Notes under the pieces: generated by a model
Told to the model about the DNA's origin: nothing
Seen by the model: only the letters and a program-made list of their open reading frames with translations
Database searches by the model: none
Shown: positions 35,709-49,254 of the stretch, one piece after another
Numbering within the stretch: position 1 is the first letter of the stretch
How the letters are laid out: every line of letters starts with the position of its first letter
DNA from: Hypanus sabinus
Taxonomy: Eukaryota
Length of the DNA stretch: 64,000 nt
NCBI RefSeq assembly: GCF_030144855.1
Contig: NC_082720.1
Span: 29,884,001-29,948,000, forward strand
Reading direction: 5' to 3'
Made by a program: the position numbers and the translations under genes

Positions 35709-36968
35709 TCTACAAATCTATTAGAGTTTTTCGAGGAGGTTACCAGGAAAGTGGATGAAGAGAAGGCAGTGGATGTTGTCTACATGGACAGTAAGGCCTT
35801 TGATAAAGCCCCACATGGGAGGTTAGTTAGGAAGATTGAGTCGCTAGGTATGTATGGTGAGGTAGTAAATTGGATTAGACATTGGCTCAATGGGAGAAGT
35901 CAGAGACTGGTAGTTGAGGATTGCTTCTCTGAGTGGAGGCCTGTGCCTAGTGGTGTGCCACAGGGATCAGTGCTGGGTCCATTGTTATTTGTCATCTATA
36001 TCAATGGTCTGTCTGATAATGTGGTAAATTGGATCAGCAAATTTGCTGATGATACAACGATTGGAGGTATAGTGGACAGTGAGGAAGGTTTTCAAAGCTT
36101 GCAGAGGGATCTGGACCAGCTGGAAAAAATGGGCTGAAAAATGGCAGATAGAGTTTAATACAGACAAGTGTGAGGTATTGCACTTTGGAAGGACAAACCA
36201 AGGTAGAACATACAAGGTAAGTGGTACTGAGGAGTGCAGTAGAACAGAGGGATCTAGGAATATAGATACAAAATTCCCTAAAAGTGGCGTCACAGGTAGA
36301 TAGGGTAGTAAAGAGATCTTTTGGTACATTGGACTTTATAAATCAAAGTATTGAGTATAAGAGTTGGAATGTTATGGTGAGGTTGTATAAGGCATTGGTG
36401 AGGCCGAATTTGGAGTATTGTGTACAGTTTTGGTCACTGAATTACAGGAAGGATATTAATAAGGTTGAAAGAGTACAGAGAAGGTTTACAAGGATGTTGC
36501 CGGAACTTGAGAAACTGAGTTACAGAGAAAAGTTGAATAGGTTAGGACTTTATTCCCTCGAGCGTAGAAGAAAGAGAGGAGACTTGATGGAGGTATCTAA
36601 AATTATGATAGGTATAGGTAGAGTGAATGCAAGCAGGCTTTTTCCACTGAGGCTAGGGGAGAAAAAAACCTGAGGACATGGGTTAAGGGTGAAGTGGGAG
36701 AAGTTTAAAGGGAACATTGGTGGGGGAGGGGGGGGGCTTCTTCACACAGAGAGTGGTGGGAGTGTGGAATAAGCTGCCAGATGAAGTTGTAAATGTGGGC
36801 TCACTCTTAACATTTAAGAGAAACTTGGGACAGGTACATAGATGAAAGGTGTATGGAGGGATATGGACCAGGTGCAGGTCACTGGGACTAGGCAAAAAAA
36901 TGGTTCGGCACAGCCAAGGAGGGCCAAAAGGCCTGTTTCTGTGCTGTAATGTTTTATGGTTCTATGGT
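35709..36968 (+). mobile_element. 5'-truncated CR1-type LINE
   Basis: [37 protein letters not shown] motifs; (ttctatgg)-like tail. Confidence 0.9.
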
Positions 36969-37632
36969 TATGAATCTTTGGAACACTTTTCCTCGAAGAG
37001 TAGTGGAAGCACTGACTTTGCATATTTTTTAATCCAAGAAAGGAATTGTGAATGACCAGTAATTGTAAAAGTAAACTTAATGGTAATTTGGAACATAAAT
37101 TTGGAAGGTCTAAGTGACACGTAATGCAAAAGAATAGATATTAGTCCTGAGTCAAGCATTTTGTGTGGCATGTGTTATTTCCACTTTCTCCTCCTGGTCA
37201 TGTGCACATACGTACAAATACACACCATAATTTTAACCTCAAAACCTTTAGTATGCATGCAGTAAAACTCCAATAATCCTCCATTTGACTATTTGAGACT
37301 ATTTGGACATCCTGATGAGTCAGGCTGATGCCAAACCTTTTCTGCTCATGAATTTACACTCATTGTGGTACTGTTACCTTGAATCTTACCACGTTCACTA
37401 GAAAATACTCTACTGTCTAACATCTAACAAAAGTATGTTGGAGTATTAATTGAATATCATCCAGTCATCTGCAGAGTCTAGTGCTGCCAAAATCCTAAAT
37501 GTACCTGATTAACGAAATTTTACTGTACTTTGAATTTATTGAACTATGTATACAGGCTCTGCCAATCTTGTAGACTTAAATCCTTTTAGATTTGAATTCA
37601 AATATAAACATATTAAATATTTATTTATATAG

Positions 37633-37735
37633 TCTGGCAAGAAGAATGAAGTTTTCAGAGTCATTTACAAAATGCTTCATGAGAATGAAAACTTGAGGAT
37701 CCGATTGCTGAACACTAGCCACAAAAGCACTGTGG
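37633..37735 (+). CDS. C5orf47: C5orf47-like exon 3 (conserved C-terminal helix)
   Basis: atatag|TCT...G|GTCTGT, 103 nt, encodes SGKKNEVFRVIYKMLHENENLRIRLLNTSHKSTV versus recalled human WNRVYKVISRMLEENEKYRHRL. Confidence 0.85.
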
Positions 37736-38604
37736 GTCTGTATCAACATATTTGATGTTATATGCATATATACAATACATTTGTAGATGTAGTATCTGGG
37801 AGCTAATTTTCAAGGCGGGAAATATATATGATGATTGTATTATGATTGTAGCTTTAAAATCATGGAGGTCATCTTTAACCTAACTTTTGGTGGTTAACCT
37901 ATAGTTAGTTTCAGAATTTTTTCTGTGGATCTTATGCATCCTATTTTGGCAAGGGATTTAGGGTATTTTGGAGTGAGCTTTCAATGTGTTTTTTTTTACT
38001 GGTTATGACCAATTCTTTTAAAAACTTATGTTTTATAAATACCTTAACTTTCTATTGTTCCCCTGTTTGAGAATATTTACTAGAGTATAGGACAGGACAT
38101 TTTAGAAGAAACAGTAAAATGTCAGCTTGATTATATACAATATGAATTAACAGAAGTTCTGTTGTCTTCTTTGTATTGACTTGATTCTCTATAACTGTAA
38201 ATAATGCTCTGAAATTAAACAAATGTAATAGTCTTTTTATAATTCCTGTCAGCAAGATTTCTCATTGTATTTGGACATTAGACTGAATACAAAATAGAGT
38301 CCTTGTTAGATGTGGGGTTGATAGGGAAGAAATTTGGCTGCAATGCATGAGAAAATGCATCATATATTCATTTCAATTGAAATAGCAATTAATTATAGAT
38401 ACTACTGAATTATCTCATGTTCCAATACTGACATTCAATACTCCCACATTGCAAAGGAGCAGAAAAATAATTATCAAATTTAGATTATGTTATCTAACAT
38501 ATTACTCCCATGTTGATGTTTCCATGAGTTCAAATTTATAAATCATACTTCACAATGTCTACAGATATGTACATATTATTCAAAGGTGAAACAATTGATT
38601 CGAT

Positions 38605-41240
38605 CAGTGGCGGACCAATTGATTGGGAGAGAGAGCTTTGCACAGGTCAGGGAGAAAAGTTTAAAAAAAAGAGTGTTTCGTGGAGCTTGGCGCATTAGAA
38701 TAGTGGGTATGACTGTGAGGCCAGTTTTCTGTTCTGGGTGTCAAATGTGGGATGTCTGAGAGACTTCCAGCCTCCCTGATGGCCACATTTGTGACAAATG
38801 CTTCGAGCTGCAGCTCCTTAGAGACCGAGTTAGGGATGATGACCTTTAGCTTGTTAGGGAGAGTGAGGAGGTACAGGCAGGTAGTCACTCTGGCACCAAA
38901 GGAGATAGTTAAGTGAGTGAGCATCAGGAAAGGGAAGGAGGTGTGTCAGGTAGAGGAGAGCACCCCTTTGGCTGTCTCACTTAACAATAAGTACTCCATT
39001 TTGATTTGCAGTTGGGGGTCGACCTACCTGGGGGAAGCAACAGTGTCCTGTGGTACTGAGTCTGGCCCTGTGGCTCAGAAGGGTAGGGAATGGAAGATGA
39101 GAGCAGCGGTAATAGGAGACTATAGTTCTGGGGACAGGAAGGTGATTCTGTGGACGCGCAAAAAAAACAAGGATGGTAGTTTTCCCTCCAGCTGCCAGGT
39201 CTTGTGATGTTTCTGAGAGTGTCCACAATGTCCTGAAATGGGAGGGTGAGCAGCCAGAGGTTGTAGTACATACTGATACCAATGACGTAGGTAGAAAAAA
39301 AGTGGAGGTCCTGAAAGCAGACTACAGAGAGTTAGGAAAGAATCTCAGAAGCGGGACCTCGAAGGTAATAATCTTGGGATTGTTGCCTGTGCCATGTGAT
39401 AGTGAGTATAGCAATAGAAAGAGGTGGAGGGTAAATGCGTGGCTGAAGGATTGGAGCAGGCGGCAGGGATTCAGATTTTTGGATCATTGAGACCTCCTCT
39501 GGGGTAGCTGTGACCTGTACAAAAAGGACGGGTTGCACTTGAATCTGAGAGGGAACCAATATCCTGGCAGGGAGGTTTACTGAGGAGGGTTTAAACTAGG
39601 TTTGCAGGAGGATGGGAATCAAAGTGAAGAGGCAGAGGACGGGGAAGTTGGAGCACATAAAAAGATAGCTTGTAGGGAGTTTTTGAGGAAGGATAGGCAG
39701 ATGTTAGAGCAAAGAGATGTTTGAGATGTGTCTATTTTAATGCAAGGAGTATGATAACCAAGGCAGATGAACTTAGAGCATGGATCAATATGTGGAACTG
39801 TGATGTTGTGGCCATTACAGAGACTTGGATGTTTCAGGAGCATGGCTGCTGAGTGTACCAGGATTCAGATCTTTCAAAAAGAACGGAGAGGGAGGCAAAA
39901 GGGGTGGGGGTGTGGCATTGCTAATTAGCGATAGTGTCGCGGCCTCAGAAAAGGAAGTCATGGAGGGATTGTCTACTGAGTGTGGGTGGAAGTCAGAAAC
40001 AGGAAAGGGGCAATAACTACTGGGTATTTTTTTTAATAGACCCCCCCCCCAATAGTAACAGGGATATTGAGGAGCAGATAGGGAGGCAGATTCTGGAACA
40101 GTGCAATAATGATCGGGTTGTTTGATGGGGGATTTTAATTTTCCTAATATTGGCATCTCTAGCGCAAGAGGTTTAGATGGGGTGGAATTTGTTAGGTGTG
40201 TTCAGGAAGGTTTTCTGATACAATATGTAGATAAACCAACTAGAGGAGAGGCTGTACTTGATCTGGTATTGGGAAATGTACCTGATCAGGTGTCAGATCT
40301 CTCAGTGGAAGAGCATTTTGGAGGTGGTGACTGCAACTCTTATCTCCCTCACCATAGTGCTGGAGATGGATAGGAGCAGACAATTTGGGAAAACATTTAA
40401 GTAGGGTAGGGGGAAATATGCTGTTGGGCAGGAACTTGGGAGCAGATGTTCTCAGGGAAATGTTCTGCTAAAATGTGGCTAATGTTTAGGTAACATTTGC
40501 AAGGAGTTTTGCAATGGTATGTTCCATTGAGGCAGGGAAAGGATGGTAGAGTTAAAGAGCCATGGTGTACAAAGTATGTAGAAAATCTTGTTTAGAAAAG
40601 CTTATGAAAGGCTCAAGAAACTAGTAGTGTTAGAGCTCTAGAAAATTACAAGGTTGCTAGGAAGAAGCTTAAGAATGGAATTAGGAGAGCCAGAAGAGGC
40701 CATGAGAAGGCCTTGGTGAGTGGGATTAAGGAAAATCCCAAGTTTCTACAAGTATGTGAAGAGCATGAAGATGAGCCGTGTGAGAAGTGTGATAGTGGGA
40801 ATGTGTGCATGGAGCCAGAGGAGGTACTTAATGAATACTTTGCTTCAGTATTCACCAAGGAAAGAGACCTTGGCAATTGTGGGGATGACTTGCAGTGGAC
40901 TGAAACGCTTGAGCATATAGACATTAAGAAAGAGGATGAGCAGGAGCTTTTGAAAAGCATCAAGTTAGATAAGTTACCGGGACTGGATGAGATACACCCC
41001 AGGCTACTGTGGGAAGCGAGGGAGGAGATTGCTGAGCTTCTTGTGATGATCTTTGCATCATCAATAGGGACGGGAGAAGTACCGGAGGATTGGAAGGTTG
41101 CAAATGTTTTTCCCTTGTTCAAGAAAGCGAGTAGAGATAACCCAGGAAATTAGAGACCGGTGAGTGACTTCAGTGGTGTTCAAGTTGTTGGAGAGATCCT
41201 GAGAGGCAGGATTTATAAGCATTTGGGGAGATGTAATCTG
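38605..41240 (+). mobile_element. CR1-type LINE 5' half (esterase ORF1, endonuclease, start of RT); 3' half missing
   Basis: ORF1 remnants AAVIGD, VVVHTDTND and KKDGLHLN (SGNH esterase); ORF2 YFNARS, RGGGVAL, MGDFNFP, KLPGLDEIHPRLL; stops shortly after the PGNxRPVS motif. Confidence 0.88.
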
Positions 41241-41593
41241 ATGTTTTCTGTAACCTGCCATTAAAATCAGTGTGAGAAAATTAAAAATTAATTTTCAGAT
41301 GTTGTTAAAAATCAGGTGTACAGAATTAATATAGTTAGCATTAAAGGTTCTAAGGCAAGGGTATATATTGAAGATCAAAGCTTTGGTTAAAACAATAACA
41401 ATCTTATATTTAAAACATAAAATAACATATTAAGAACTTCATATTTAGAATGAAGAAACCTGATGAAACTAAGATATGAATACAATCTATAGTAATTTGC
41501 ATTTTAATATTTACATTGTTATTCTGTGATTTGATATTTAGGTTGAAATAATGTGATTTCAAAATATTTAATTTCTTCACTGTTTCCTTGTAG

Positions 41594-41637
41594 ATGCTGA
41601 TATTACAAATAGGATGAAAGATTCTCCTGAAGCTCTG
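41594..41637 (+). CDS. C5orf47: C5orf47-like exon 4 (predicted)
   Basis: tttccttgtag|AT...CTG|GTGAGT, 44 nt, phase 1 to phase 0; encodes (D)ADITNRMKDSPEAL. Supported by splice signals and phase only. Confidence 0.65.
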
Positions 41638-41799
41638 GTGAGTTTTCTGGGAGTCTTTAGAAATCTGATGTCCATCAATTTGTTTCCAGAACCATCTACA
41701 AAATAATCAATAATCAGTATCAGTTGGTTAATTTAAGAATAATATGTCTATCTATATTCTAGCACATGAGTTGGTGATTTTTCCATAGATACAATTTCA

Positions 41800-42857
41800 G
41801 AGTTGATTCTATTATAAAGATAACTTAATGATTTTAAATTTAATGCTTGCTCCTGGAAGGGCATGATTGGCAAAGAGGGAGTAGAGAAAGGTAATTCCAA
41901 TGGAATCCATCTTGTAAAATACTTGAAGCACACTTTATCATTGTGTTGTTAGAGACAAAACCAGACCTATAGGCAGCACCCCTCTCTCCTTCCAGGTACT
42001 GGCAAATTATTTCATCTTCCAAGTGGAGCTTCAAGAATATCCTTATCTCCATTCCAGGACAAGTACTTGTGTCTATTAGAATGTCCATTTCCCAATACAC
42101 AATTGGCTCCAGTGGCTTAGTTCCAATCAAAATACAAGCATTGATGTAAGCAAATCAGCAAGGGGTTTCACAGCAATAATGGCTCTTTTCACAAACCAGA
42201 CAACCTGACCACCTCTTCAGTCAACTGAAAACAAAGTCCATATCATCCAAATTGCCCTCAAGCCCACTATAATTGGCAACCAAATGAGAAACTTGACTTC
42301 TCCAACAAAAGACAAGGATTGGCTTGATAAGAATGACTAGGAGTGAGTTAATGACACATACGCAACGTGTTCTTGCATCGGAATTTCAGTCCACTGAAAG
42401 GGAAAAGAAATGGGCACATGAATGTCAAAATCAAAAAGAAAACTGGTGACCTAAACATTAGAGGTAGAAATACAGCAATTTACTGAGAGCCATAAAATGT
42501 GCAGGTTCCTCAGCACCATCAAGGTTGTGTACAGCTCGATACATCTAAACAAAGACCTTGCTGAAAGTTGAGGAAAGAGATAAATTTGTCAAGGATAAGT
42601 AGGTAACCTACGGCCATGGGGAGGAACACTTCAATATGTCTACAGCTGTGACTGTTCAACCTTTTCTTGATGTTACAGCAAATTATCTGATCCAGCTTTA
42701 ATGCTGCTCTTGATTAACGAGGAGTCAAATATGCCATATGGCAGCTGAAAAATGAGAAGGTTTTTGGAACTGGTGGTAACCTTGCTGAAGTTTTAAAACA
42801 CAGTGGTGACATTCACAACCTTTTTCCCACATCTGTAAAGATGACATGCTAAAGGAC
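41800..42857 (+). mobile_element. Old RTE-clade LINE fragment
   Basis: WKGMIGKEGVEKGNSNGIHL resembles the RTE endonuclease W.G.IG..G....NSNG motif; heavily decayed; boundaries approximate. Confidence 0.6.
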
Positions 42858-45521
42858 CAGGGCCGGATTAAGCTAGTGCAGGGCCTGTAGCATATGTTAT
42901 AAAGGGGCTCTAAATTTAAAAAAAACAATAGTATTAAAACTTAAATTATTTACTTGCATAGTAAAGTAATTCAATTTTTTCATTTGCTATACAGCCAGAT
43001 AATATGACAAATGTCTGACTCTTCAGTAATAGTATTACTTACATATAGGTATCAATTTCAAATGTTAGAAGTAACAAAACTATAATTAAAAGTTAGATTT
43101 TCTAGATTTAGCATGAGTAAATTTGTTGATGATACTGGAAGTGTCTATTTCACGCAGAAGTTCATGTTCTTATGAACTCGATGGACTCTGAACATCTGAT
43201 CCCTGAAGTATTTTACCCAGTAGATGCAGAAGAAATTTGATAATTGCGCTTTGTTTGAATTTGTTTACCCTCACCGTCTTTTATGAAAAGTAGAACATTA
43301 GAAAATTGGGAGCAGACTTTTAAATTGTAACAGCCCGGGATTAACAATGGTACAAGCACAGATTATCTATTACACAGTAATTAGATTTATCGGTGTCCTG
43401 GGTAAGTACCTTTCGGTTTCTTATATGGAGGCTGTGACATCTCCTCACTCTGAGCAACTGCTGATGCGATTTTAGTCTGTGCTAATGAAAATGTATTCAT
43501 ACCACTGTTTTCTATAGGAGATGATGTTCTGGTTCCAACTCACATTCCACGTTAGAATCATTGCGTATGCAGGCCTCTTTCAAATGGGGTTGTTGGCAAA
43601 TCATCTGATGCCTTGAAACAATTAGTGGAATCAGAGGTGTTTACTGATAACCTGAGCTATCAGTACTCCCTTTCAGATTTTCAGCTCATGTTCCTGACAG
43701 TCACTAGAATGCCATCTCGTTCCCCTCAGTCTCATGTCGTGTATGAATACCAATTGACAATTTAACCTGGGTCATGCAGACTTGTCACTGGAACTATTTG
43801 TAGTTTTTTCATTTGTGACGTGAGACATCGAACTGCACAGAAACAACACACACAATCCATGTCTATCAAAACATCCTGTCATTAGTGGACCTCATTCATT
43901 CGAACTTTTTTTTCACGAGTAATCGATTGAGATATTCTATCTCAGGGCAAATAACTTTGATTTCAACTTTTGAAAATGTTTTCTGCTTTCTTCTCTGGGT
44001 TCATGGGATGTGAGCATCGCTGGCAATTCGGATATTATTATCCTCCCTTAACTCCTGCGATTACAGGATTAAGGTAGCAATTCACAAGATCCTCGGATAT
44101 GCAGCATGTAAAATCCAGCAAGGCCGATTATTCTGCTTCCCAGAAGGTCATTGATGAAACAAATCAGGCTTTGCAGTTAAAATCCATAATACATTATTTG
44201 GTATGTTATGTGCTGTTACGAATGATGAACTACTCTGATGGGCAGAAGGGTACAGAATCGCCAATGCCCCCCCCCCCCCCCCCCGGAGAATCGTAAATCG
44301 CTACTATTCTGATGCTGTTATCAAGGGAGATGAGAGAGACACAGGAAAGCTGCCAAGACAGTTGTTATTGATGAACAGCTCATGTCAGTTAATGAGAAAG
44401 AGACAACTCAGAGATACACAAAGAGGAATGTCTTCTAACAAAAGCGGAATGGAACCACTGATTACTGCTATTGTCTCTTGGAGAAAGATTGTTTATTGAG
44501 TACTGTTCTATTTGATGAAACCCCTCAGGGGGCAACCAGAGTGGGCTGGTTTGATGGGTTGCATCATCCCAACCTGATTGACACCTGAGACCCCATGAGT
44601 GGGGATAAAAGTAGGGTCTGGGGCAACACCCCTCAGGCGCACCAGGAGAGACGCTACAAGATTGGTGGGGGCTTGTGTATGTGTCCACCCTTGCCTCGGT
44701 GACGAGTCCACCACGGAACGGTCTAGCTAAAGGACGGAGGGGTCATACGTGAATGGCCACAACAACAACGCATCAACGGATCAAGATTGTAAAGGAAAAT
44801 TGGCAAGTCAATAGCTGTTACTGTTCTCTCTCGCTCTCTCTCCAATTGAAACACTGCGACCAACAACTGCAGCCGGCATGAACTGAACTGAATTTTATAT
44901 TTCCATCTGACAATTCATTATCCCCTAGACAACAATAGAGCTTATTTCTTATTGATTATTATTATACCCGCACTTTTAGGTTTAGTATTGATGACGTGAA
45001 TTATCTGTATATTTGCATTGATATTATTTTTGTGTATTTTTACTAATAAATACTGTTGACAATAGTATCACCAGACTCCAACGGACACTCCTATCTTTGC
45101 TGGTAAGACACCCAGTTACAGGGTTCTTAACAGTGCTAACATAAAGGACAATTCATATTCAAAAAGCATAGATACAGTGTCTTTGCAACTACCTGTAAAT
45201 TTAGCATTCTTATCTCAGAGGCGCCAGAGATGCATTCACAGCTTTTAGGAAATGCATTGTTATGAACTCAATTCACAGTACTTAGTTAAAGAACAGAAGA
45301 CTGATGGCTGAAGTCATTTCTTTAAGTGTAAATGTACCTGGTCAGGTGTAAAAGTGTAAATCGTCCACCCAAGACTCACTCTAACAGTCATGAGAAAATG
45401 GTGAGAATGCTTATTTCACCAGACTGCAGCTTAGTTGGTAAACATTTAGTGCGGGCGTGGCCCTAAAAAATGCAGGGCCCGTAGCATATGCTACTTTTGC
45501 TACTAGGTTAATCCGGCCCTG
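42858..45521. mobile_element. hAT (Tip100-like) DNA transposon relic carrying nested insertions
   Basis: TIRs cagggccggattaa and ttaatccggccctg; 8-bp TSD taaaggac (42850-42857, 45522-45529); subterminal direct repeat tgcagggcc(t/c)gtagcatatg near both ends. Confidence 0.9.
44214..45132 (+). mobile_element. Solo LTR (Gypsy-like), 919 bp
   Basis: TGTTA...TAACA ends; 4-bp TSD gtgc (44210-44213, 45133-45136); TATA-like gataaaa near 44604 and AATAAA at 45045-45050. Confidence 0.88.
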
Positions 45522-45529
45522 TAAAGGAC

Positions 45530-47050
45530 CACAGAGAAGAATATAGCCCAGGACATGCCCTTCAACTCATGGTGTGTTGAACTAATTAACCCAATGACTC
45601 CTAATTAATATAATCCTCCTTCCTTGTGTGTCGACCATATCATGTCCTCCTCTACATATTCATGTGCCTAAGAGTCTCGAGTCAAGTCAAGTTTGTTGTC
45701 ATATTTATGAATACTGAACACGTATGCATTGGTGCAATGAAAAACTTATTTGCAGCAGTGTTACAGGCACATAGCATCATAAAAGCAGCATTCACAAGTT
45801 TAAAAACATGAATTATATACAGTTTTTGTAAGTGTGAATACCATTAGAACAAAGGAACATTTTAGTGCAAAGTGATCAAACTATACTGTAGTGCTACTAA
45901 TCAGTGATTAGGGTTTTGCCAGTTGGTTCAAGAACTGAATGGTCTCTTAAATGCTCCTGTGCAATTTGCCTCTACCATCGCTCTGGACAGCGCTTTCCAC
46001 TCAAAAGAAAACATTGTCTTGCACATTTCCTTTGTACTTTTCCCCTTTTCATCTTAAGTACATACACTCTGGTGCTAGACGTTTCAATCTGGGAAAGAGG
46101 TGCTGGCTGCCAACTTTGTCTTGTGTAATTTTATAAATGTCTAGCAAATTTTGCCTCAGCTTCCACTGCTCCAGAGGAAACGATTTTAACTTGTTCAGCT
46201 TATCCTTATAGCTCGTCTTCCAAACCAGGTAGCATCCTGGTTAACCGCCTCTGCACTCTCTTTCACATCCTTCCTGTAGAGGTGACCAGAGTTGAATTTA
46301 GTACTCAAAATGGACCCTAAAACTGTAATATAACTTCCTGGCTCTCGAACTCAGAGCCTCGACAAATGAAGACAAGTGCCTTCTTTACCAACCTGTCAGT
46401 TTGTCACTTTTAGGGAGCCACATTCTTTTATCAAAGATCCATCTGTTCCTCAATGCTATTAAGAGACTCCCATTATCTATGTACTTCTCCTTTATGTTGG
46501 ATCCCAAAGTGAAATGCCTCTCACTTGGCCTGGATTAAACTTCATCTACCAATTACCTGCCCATATCTGCAACTGATCTACATTCTGCTGGTAATCTTCT
46601 ATGTAAGACACAGCACCATCAATCATTGTGTGATCTGCAGACTTTTTCACCTATTCCAGCATAGTTTAATCCATATCATTTTTATACAAACAACCTAGTT
46701 CTGGTCCCTGTGAAACCCTATTAATTCCAGACTTCCATCTAGAATATGACCTATTCACCACTATCCTCTTCTCTTTGGGCATGCCAAATTTGTTTCCAGT
46801 CAACTAAGTCATTATGGATCTTATGGATCCTATTTTTGTTTAACCAAAGGGACCTTGTTGAACATCTTGCTAAAATTCTGTATACAACATCCATTGCTGT
46901 ACCTTCATCAATCACCTTCATCACCACCTTGAAAAACTCATTGGTCAGACATGACCTGCCTGCATAAAGTCATGGCTGACTGTCCTTAATTAGACTATTC
47001 TTCTCTAAGTGCTTACATAGTAAATCCTATCCCCAAAAATGCTTTCCATT
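45530..47050 (-). mobile_element. Decayed CR1-type LINE 3' portion
   Basis: Resembles the minus-strand CR1 at 20140-20800 and 23600-24150; interrupted by another repeat near 45680-45945. Confidence 0.65.
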
Positions 47051-49254
47051 AGGTTCCACCATCTTCAAGAAAAAAGATAAATTCAGTTTTGGTAACCACA
47101 GAGGTGGTCTTCCTCTTGTATGACTTGGGGAAAATCATTAACAGGATCCTTGTCAGCATACCCCACCCACTGGCCAAAGAGCTGCTTTCTTACTATGTCA
47201 TACGGGTAGAAGTGGGGATGTTCACTGATGATTGTACAATGGTCAATTTATTTACAACTCATTAACACAGCAGTCTGTTCTTGATGCAGCAAGACCTAAA
47301 AAAACATTCATGCATGGACTTTTAATATTTATGCCTCAAAAATGCTAAATATTAACCACCTCCAGCAAGAACGAGCATAGATACTCAATGGGATTGCCAT
47401 GGCTGAGTCCTCAAACATTAATATCCTGGGGCTCTCAAATAGACTAAATAGACAAACTCAAATAGACCACCACATAAATACCATAGGGTTATATCATATC
47501 AGAGGCTGTGTATTCTGTGGTAAGTTATTTATCTCCTGACATGTAAATGATGGAAAGGCCTTCACAAGGCACATGCATGTCAGCAGCCAGATGGATCACC
47601 ATCCAATTACCTGGATGGTTGCAGCATCAGCAATTCCTGTAGCCTGCTGCCTTTCAGGTTCAGCACATAAAAGTCAGCATAAACATAGGGACGAGGACAG
47701 CACATGAAACTAACATTAATCTGTGGGTCCTACGTTGGCTTCAGTAGTCACCTCCGAATCCACAGAAATTGAATGGTTACAAGTTTCTCAATCCTAAGGA
47801 ACTGTTTAATGAAAGTAATGACCTGACATGCAAATTAGATGCAATGATTGGAGATGGTGGTGGTGTAGTAAAGCTAATTGCCACCCACTACATTAGAAAC
47901 ATTCAACCGAATGTCAACAAAATATTCAGGATCTATCTGAATTCTGTTGGGCATGTTTGGAACATGTAATGTTTTCATATAAAGGCAAGGATATATCATA
48001 GTGTATTCCACTCTGCTTTTACAAAAGCAAATTAATATGGGCTAAAATAAAAACAAATTGCTGTTAGTTTTCAGTAGGATTTGGCATTATCTGAGTAATT
48101 ATAAAAGCTTTTGTACTTTTAAGTTGATAACCTTTAAAATGAAGGCAGAAATATTTTGAGATGTAACAGATTTTATACAGGTGGGTGTAGAGGGTTGAAG
48201 GATAATAAAAATAAAGATGATTTGAGATCTTGAGATGGATTTTCAGGTGAAAAATTATGAAATAAGAAACATGCAAATTAAATCCCCTTTTTACTGGGCG
48301 TCTTTATAGATGTGGCTCGTTAGCTCCTTGCTAACAGCCACCAGACTTGGCGGTTGTTGATACTGTATGGCAAAGGAAGTATTTAGGACCAGGAAATTAA
48401 AAAATCCCAAAATGGGGAGGTTGACAATTAGAAAGGTTAAGGACATCCATTGGAAGAATCTGGATAAAGAGGAGACCGATTTTTGTTACAATATATTTCT
48501 ATTTCTTATTGATCTCCCTTACAAGCATAAGATCCATTTGAAAGGACCAATTGCTTCTAACTTTCCACTGACACTGTTCTCTAACCATCTGTCAGAAGGG
48601 TAGCATCTTTGAGATAATAGAAGAAATGGCAGAGAAGATGTCTGTTGCTGGAATTGAATTGTCTGTAGTCTCTGCTTTTTCACTTGAGCTGTCAAGTTAG
48701 AACTGGAGATGAAGGTTAAAACTGACAAGCCTTAAGAAAATATAAATGGTAAAATAAACTGGAAATGGATAGCAAACTGCCATTACCAACAGCTAAAGAT
48801 GTGCTGACTTCTGTTGGAAAATATCTGGTCAAGGATAATATAAAATTATTAGCAAAGAGCATTACAGTTCCTAATTTGGAGTTGACAGATGGATATCACT
48901 ACGAGGCAGTGAATGTATTTGTGGTGTTGTAGTACTGAATAGATATTCCATTTGATTAACTTTTTACATTAGGGATTGTTTATGTGAAATTTTCCCTTGG
49001 GATACTATGATCAAAGTTTTATGCTCTTCTGTTAATGTCAACTCTGATGCTTATTCATTGTTCCCAGGGGGCGTTTGGGCCACTACAGTATTTTAGATAC
49101 AGGTGTCCTCCACTTTACAAAGGTTGAGCGTTCCTATGAAACCTTTCTTAAGCCAAAATGGCGTAAAGTGAAGAACTATTAATTTATATGGGGAAAAAGT
49201 TTTGTAAAAGTGAAAATCCTCTTTGTAATGGGAAAACAGGTTACTAATGTAGGT

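Noticed and set aside
37731-37737. Phase-0 donor ACT|GTGGGT for C5orf47 exon 3
   Set aside because: It would shift exon 4 into an early stop (MLILQIG*). The phase-1 donor keeps the frame open and is preferred, although minor use cannot be excluded.
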